Part shown: one piece after another, positions 9,207 through 13,062 of the stretch
Position numbering within the stretch: the stretch's first letter is position 1
Layout of the letters: every line of letters begins with the position of its first letter
Assembly (NCBI GenBank): GCA_050293845.1
Contig: JBNKNM010000159.1
Coordinates: forward strand, 1-13,062
DNA from: Pseudobacteriovorax sp.
GTDB taxonomy: Bacteria > Bdellovibrionota_B > Oligoflexia > Oligoflexales > Oligoflexaceae
Direction: 5' to 3'
Length of the DNA stretch: 13,062 bases
The notes under the pieces: generated by a model
Told to the model about the DNA's origin: nothing
What the model saw: the letters and a program-made list of their open reading frames with translations, nothing else
Databases searched by the model: none
Translations under genes and position numbers: made by a program

Positions 9207-9256
9207 TGGAAGATCATTCTGTAAGGTACTAAATTAGATAAAGATAGTTGTCGGAA

Positions 9257-9272
9257 TAGGTGTCGGCACCTA
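9257..9272. repeat. Perfect 6-bp inverted repeat TAGGTG-N4-CACCTA (possible activator site or weak hairpin)
   Basis: Read directly from the sequence: taggtg tcgg caccta. It overlaps a TGTCGG direct repeat (9249-9254 and 9261-9266). No U-tract follows on the minus strand. Confidence 0.45.
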
Positions 9273-9293
9273 GGGCAAGTGTGTAAAAATTGA

Positions 9294-11093
9294 TCATGGT
9301 TCCTGGGATTTATTTTGGAACCGTTCTTTAAACTTTAGAAGCTGCTCGGAATATATGCGACCTTGCTCTGAAACTGGGGAGCGATATTTGAAAACTAGGA
9401 GGTAGAATAAGCTGATAGCCACAATTGCAATCATGAGTATCTTAATATCGCGTCGGTATTTCTTATAGTTCTTGAGAAGCATAGCGAAAAAACCAAGTGT
9501 ATCTTTTGGGGGAGCTATGCGGGTGATGGGAATATCTTTGGCTTCCATCGCTATGGAAGCCTCTACATTGTTTTCTATCATAATATCTTCTGGAATTTGG
9601 TTAGCAGGTTCACTTAATGGTTCTGGTTCATGGTCTGAATGCTTCGTTTGGTTTAATGGCGGCACAGCTGTGTCAAGGTGGGATGCGAAAACTACTATCA
9701 TACTGTTGCTTAATTTCTGCCGTTCATCAGCCACCAAGTCTGATAGCTGGCAGTCAATGACATAAGGGAAATACTCTAATTCAGAATTTTTATGATAGTG
9801 AGAGCTAGTGATCTTTCCAGCGACAAGGCGATTCAGGATAGATTTTATGAAAGGGGATTCAATGGTTATTAATGCATAGTTAAAAATTTGAAATGGTACA
9901 GCTAGTTGGACCCCTAATGGGTGGATCTTCAACAATCGGGAAGAAACAGCTAGGTCTCCGTAAGATAAAGGATGATTTTTGGGGATATAATGTATGTTTC
10001 TTTTAGTTAATGCTTGGCGTTTATTTTCCAATTTCTTGGCGATGATATCATCGAAGTTTGGGGGAAATCTTTCTAAAAAGAAAAAAGGGTTGGGATATGA
10101 TTTTTGATACGTTTTAAAAGTTTCGCTTCTAGCATTTTTACCAATAATGTAAACATAGGTTGTTTCTTGAGTATTTTCCAACATGCTCTTAATAAGGGGT
10201 TCGAATTTTGGTGTACAAAGTTTGTCCTCTAAGAAAATAATATCGGGATTAAAAAACTTGGGCTCAATAGCGATATTTTTACGATGTAGTGCAACGTTGA
10301 CTTCTAAATTCAGTGCGGACAATCGTCGCAATAATTCAAGGCGGATATTTTGGTTGCTGATGGCTAGGAAGCTTTTGAATGGGGCATCTGAATTTAGGTT
10401 ATTGATAGTCTCTAGGGCATGATCTTTCTCCATTTGCAATTCTTCAGGAACTTCCCAATGACAAGTATAAGCATCCGAGAACCTATATAGTAAATTTGTT
10501 CTTTGGTGCGCAAGAATTGTTAAAGTAATCCACTTGGCTCCAACAAAGTCAGCTAATCCTCCACGAAATCTGACTTTTGATCCTTTAGCGAGTTTGATAC
10601 GGCATTCAAAGCGTAGTGAATTTTTTGCAACCCAGACTATGCGGGAGGGAATATGTATGCCAGAAATATTGCGGAGAGTCATTTGCGGTACTGGGGGAGC
10701 TAGGTTTTTTTCTTGATCTAAACTGGCAAATCTAAATCTATGGAGCCAAGTTTTGGTATCAAGGTCTAGAGCAATGATATCACGAAATCCAAGTTGCATA
10801 ACTTTTTTTGTAAGGGCGGTATTGGGTTTCGTTAAGGAGAGGATAAAACGGACTCCGACGAACTCAGGGTGCAATGAAATTTTAGCCAAACCCTCCTGTA
10901 ATTCATTTCCTGCAACTTCATCGCCAATAATAATAGTACTGGATCGACGTTCATTAAAGCGTTGGAATAAGCGGCTAAAATCTTCCACAACCCATACACC
11001 GATATGGGATTTTTGTAGGGCTGATATTTTTTTCTTGTGTAAGGCGGTCGGTATTCCACGGGCGACCAACCAGTAAATATTTCTGCGTTTCAT
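9294..11093 (-). CDS. Membrane-anchored hypothetical protein with apparent tandem degenerate receiver-like + PilZ-like domains
   Basis: The ORF track gives 9294-11174 (TTG start), but ATG 11093 (MKRRNIYW) preceded by AAGGA/GGA is the likelier start (599 aa). The segment FLAISNQNIRLELLRRL...FNPDIIFLED fits a receiver beta1-alpha1...beta3 pattern. Two beta-rich segments (SRIVWVAKNSLRFECRIKLAKGSKVRF; SRLLKIHPLGVQLAVPFQI) resemble PilZ barrels. One C-terminal TM (ILMIAIVAISLFYLLVF). The CDS is confident, the domain calls tentative. Confidence 0.6.
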   Translation of the reverse strand: MKRRNIYWLVARGIPTALHKKKISALQKSHIGVWVVEDFSRLFQRFNERRSSTIIIGDEVAGNELQEGLAKISLHPEFVGVRFILSLTKPNTALTKKVMQLGFRDIIALDLDTKTWLHRFRFASLDQEKNLAPPVPQMTLRNISGIHIPSRIVWVAKNSLRFECRIKLAKGSKVRFRGGLADFVGAKWITLTILAHQRTNLLYRFSDAYTCHWEVPEELQMEKDHALETINNLNSDAPFKSFLAISNQNIRLELLRRLSALNLEVNVALHRKNIAIEPKFFNPDIIFLEDKLCTPKFEPLIKSMLENTQETTYVYIIGKNARSETFKTYQKSYPNPFFFLERFPPNFDDIIAKKLENKRQALTKRNIHYIPKNHPLSYGDLAVSSRLLKIHPLGVQLAVPFQIFNYALITIESPFIKSILNRLVAGKITSSHYHKNSELEYFPYVIDCQLSDLVADERQKLSNSMIVVFASHLDTAVPPLNQTKHSDHEPEPLSEPANQIPEDIMIENNVEASIAMEAKDIPITRIAPPKDTLGFFAMLLKNYKKYRRDIKILMIAIVAISLFYLLVFKYRSPVSEQGRIYSEQLLKFKERFQNKSQEP

Positions 11094-11115
11094 AATATTC
11101 CAAGTGTTTCCTTTA

Positions 11116-11142
11116 TTATCGGATGGTGGCAAATAAAATAAA
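11116..11142 (-). promoter_or_regulatory. Candidate sigma28 (FliA)-type promoter for the receiver/PilZ-like gene
   Basis: Minus strand TTTA-N15-TCCGATAA versus consensus TAAA-N15-GCCGATAA (-10 box 7/8, -35 box weak). It lies 22 nt upstream of ATG 11093. Confidence 0.35.
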
Positions 11143-11250
11143 GGAATCAAATATGAAGGTAGATCCCCAGGCAATTCTTGCTAGTGTTATTGGTTTTCGG
11201 TTGCATTTATAATCAGAATAAGCCGTAGACCAACTAGTTTTAGGTGAATC

Positions 11251-12021
11251 ATGGATCTATCAAGTTTACTAGGGCCGCTTGTCGCAATAGGTATGATTAT
11301 TGCTGGGATGGTAGCTAAACATGCCACTGATCTGATCCCACAGATTGCGGTGAACCCCCCTTCGGTATTTATTGTCATTGGCGGTACCATAGGTGCATTA
11401 TTGGTAGCTTACCCCTTCCCAGATTTTGTTAATGCCATAAAGGCACTTGGAATATGGTTGAAAAATCCTGAAGCCGATAGGGATGCTATTTTAGAACAAA
11501 TCCTGGATTTAGCTAATGTAGCTCGAAAAGAGTCGATCTTGGCATTAGAAAAGAAACGGGATACTATTTCTTTTGAACCACTTAAAAATGCAGTAAAAAT
11601 GGCTGTAGATGGTACTGATCCCCATGTGCTAACGGAGACCTTGGAAACGCAAGCCCATTTCGAAATGGAGGAAGGGGAGGTCTTTGTTAAGTTTTGGGAA
11701 GACTTTGGAGCCATTGCTCCCACCATCGGTATATTAGGCGCTGTTATCGGGCTAATGAAGGTGATGAATGTTTTAGATCAGCCCGAGTTGATTGGACCTG
11801 GTATATCTGTAGCCTTCGTAGCGACCTTATATGGAGTCGGGTTTGCAAATATATTGGGCATACCAGTTGGTAAAAAGTTAAAGCGTAAACTTGTGTTAAA
11901 AAGTTATGCCTATGAGATGGTTATCATTGGCATTGAGGGAATTCTTTCTGGCTTGAACCCAAAAGTTATTGAAGAGAAATTGAGAATTTTTACTTCAAAC
12001 TCAAAGGGAAGCGAAGGGTAG
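11251..12021 (+). CDS. motA: Flagellar-type stator protein MotA
   Basis: 256 aa with four hydrophobic segments and motifs IVIGGTIGA, ARKESILALE (conserved Arg/Glu), DGTDP, APTIGILGAVIGLM and AFVATLYGVGFAN. SD AGGTG upstream. Confidence 0.95.
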   Translation: MDLSSLLGPLVAIGMIIAGMVAKHATDLIPQIAVNPPSVFIVIGGTIGALLVAYPFPDFVNAIKALGIWLKNPEADRDAILEQILDLANVARKESILALEKKRDTISFEPLKNAVKMAVDGTDPHVLTETLETQAHFEMEEGEVFVKFWEDFGAIAPTIGILGAVIGLMKVMNVLDQPELIGPGISVAFVATLYGVGFANILGIPVGKKLKRKLVLKSYAYEMVIIGIEGILSGLNPKVIEEKLRIFTSNSKGSEG

Positions 12022-12036
12022 CAATAGGACAAAATC

Positions 12037-12837
12037 TTGGCTAAAAAGCAAAAATGTCCAGAATTTGAAAACCACGAACGTTGGCTTGTCAGCTTTGCTG
12101 ATATGATGACTTTGTTATTTGCTGTTTTTGTAGTTCTTTACTCCCTTAAAGAAGAGGGAGCAAAAGACTCTCAGCTAGAGCAGGCAGCAGCTTCGATTCA
12201 AGAAGCTTTTAACGAAGTGATGGAAGAAATCCCTGAAGATAGGCGTGTTGGTCCTAATGAATCTGGCTTTGGTATCTTTGAAAATCAACGTGGTGATAAA
12301 ATCAGACCTTCTATTATTGAAAAATTTCCTGGAGCCACAGACTATTCAAAAGTTATTGGCGAAGACATGAAGAAAGTTAGTCAATTGATCGATATGCGAT
12401 TATATGGCAATCGTAAATTTCGTGACTTAAAAAATACTGGGAATGCTAGGATCGTGACCATTCATCGTGACCAAGATGGCTTTCGGGTACGCCTATTAGC
12501 ATCGCATTTTTTTAACTCTGGATCCTATAAAATCAGAAGTAGGAAGGCTTTGGAAGAATTAGCTGAAATCGGAAACATGATGAAAGACCTAAATCGTAAA
12601 ATTACGGTGGAAGGTCATACAGATAATATCCCTTATAATGGAGAAGGGTCGAACTGGGATCTTTCAGCGTTAAGGGCATCCTATGTTGCCAAGTACTTCA
12701 TCCGTAGACTTGGCTTTAATCCTTATAATATTTCAGCTTCCGGATTTGCCGATACACGACCGGTTGCCAGTAATGCCACAGCTGATAGTCGGGCTTTAAA
12801 CCGTCGCATCGAAATCAAGGTGCATTATGAAAATTAG
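12037..12837 (+). CDS. motB: Flagellar-type stator protein MotB (OmpA-like peptidoglycan-binding domain)
   Basis: ERWLVSFADMMTLLFAVFVVLYS (TM with the ion-binding Asp), EGHTDN, NWDLSALRA and NRRIEI. TTG start with AGGA SD, 15 bp after motA. Confidence 0.95.
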   Translation: MAKKQKCPEFENHERWLVSFADMMTLLFAVFVVLYSLKEEGAKDSQLEQAAASIQEAFNEVMEEIPEDRRVGPNESGFGIFENQRGDKIRPSIIEKFPGATDYSKVIGEDMKKVSQLIDMRLYGNRKFRDLKNTGNARIVTIHRDQDGFRVRLLASHFFNSGSYKIRSRKALEELAEIGNMMKDLNRKITVEGHTDNIPYNGEGSNWDLSALRASYVAKYFIRRLGFNPYNISASGFADTRPVASNATADSRALNRRIEIKVHYEN

Positions 12838-12871
12838 CAGGATTGTTGTGCTCATTTCCTTTCTATCGGGG

Positions 12872-12887
12872 TGTGATTGGTATCACA
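12872..12887. promoter_or_regulatory. CRP/FNR-family binding site (perfect TGTGA-N6-TCACA)
   Basis: TGTGA TTGGTA TCACA in AT-rich intergenic DNA, 34 bp after the motB stop. Confidence 0.55.
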
Positions 12888-13062
12888 AAAATAAATGTGA
12901 GTGGTATCTTGTTCCCGAACCAGAACACATCAATAAAGTCGAGGCTGGATGGGTCGCTTTATGTGCTAGAAATTATAAAATAAATCGGCAACGTTGCTTG
13001 TTAAAATCAAAACTTAAATTTGCTAAGAATGTATTTGGAAAACCTTTTCGCTATAATTCGAT

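Noticed and set aside
9140..9230. c-di-GMP-I (GEMM) riboswitch suggested by GAAA and GCAAAC words
   Set aside because: The words are in the wrong order and spacing for GEMM, and they lie on the + strand, which leads into no downstream gene.
512..11726. Short alternative-frame or antisense ORFs in the track (e.g. 512-700, 830-1087, 3153-3542, 3394-3798, 9472-9765, 10753-11076, 11409-11726)
   Set aside because: All lie within or opposite well-supported CDSs and have no recognisable motifs, so they are treated as shadow ORFs.
11251..12837. Zorya (ZorA/ZorB) anti-phage system or an ExbBD/TolQR/AglRQS motor
   Set aside because: MotA is 256 aa with no long ZorA tail and retains the ARxE..LE rotor-contact motif. 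MotB has the classic W...AD TM plus an OmpA-like domain. No zorC/D/E-like genes are present in the window.
12796..12855. 19-codon minus-strand ORF (MSTTILLIFIMHLDFDATV) with AAGGA just upstream
   Set aside because: Very short, mostly antisense to the motB 3' end, and the SD-ATG spacing is too tight, so it is most likely chance.
13029..13057. Sigma70 promoter at the right edge (TATAAT 13052-13057)
   Set aside because: There is no acceptable -35 at 16-18 bp spacing and the downstream gene is outside the window, so it cannot be supported as a feature.

Overview
A gene-dense 13 kb bacterial window with AT-rich intergenic regions. Its gene content suggests a Bdellovibrionota/Oligoflexia- or myxobacteria-like organism (inference only). 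From the left: an M48 (HEXXH) membrane metalloprotease that probably starts upstream of the window, converging on a long minus-strand run. In transcription order that run holds a membrane-anchored protein with apparent tandem (receiver-like + PilZ-like) modules, a 1004-aa secreted TPR protein with a GltD/AgmU-like C-terminus, a coupled TPR lipoprotein (GltE/AglT-like), a small secreted hypothetical protein, a YitJ-type homocysteine S-methyltransferase/MTHFR fusion and a GT-A fold glycosyltransferase. Divergent from it is a stand-alone, apparently H+-type motAB stator pair. The most interesting hypothesis is a motility-related module: gliding-type GltD/E homologues with no recognisable GltF/G or AglRQS partners in the window, next to a MotAB stator and a candidate PilZ-type stator modulator. 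Candidate sigma54, sigma28 and CRP-family sites lie in the intergenic DNA. I saw no RNA genes, mobile elements or CRISPR arrays. All family calls come from motif recognition by eye, not database searches.
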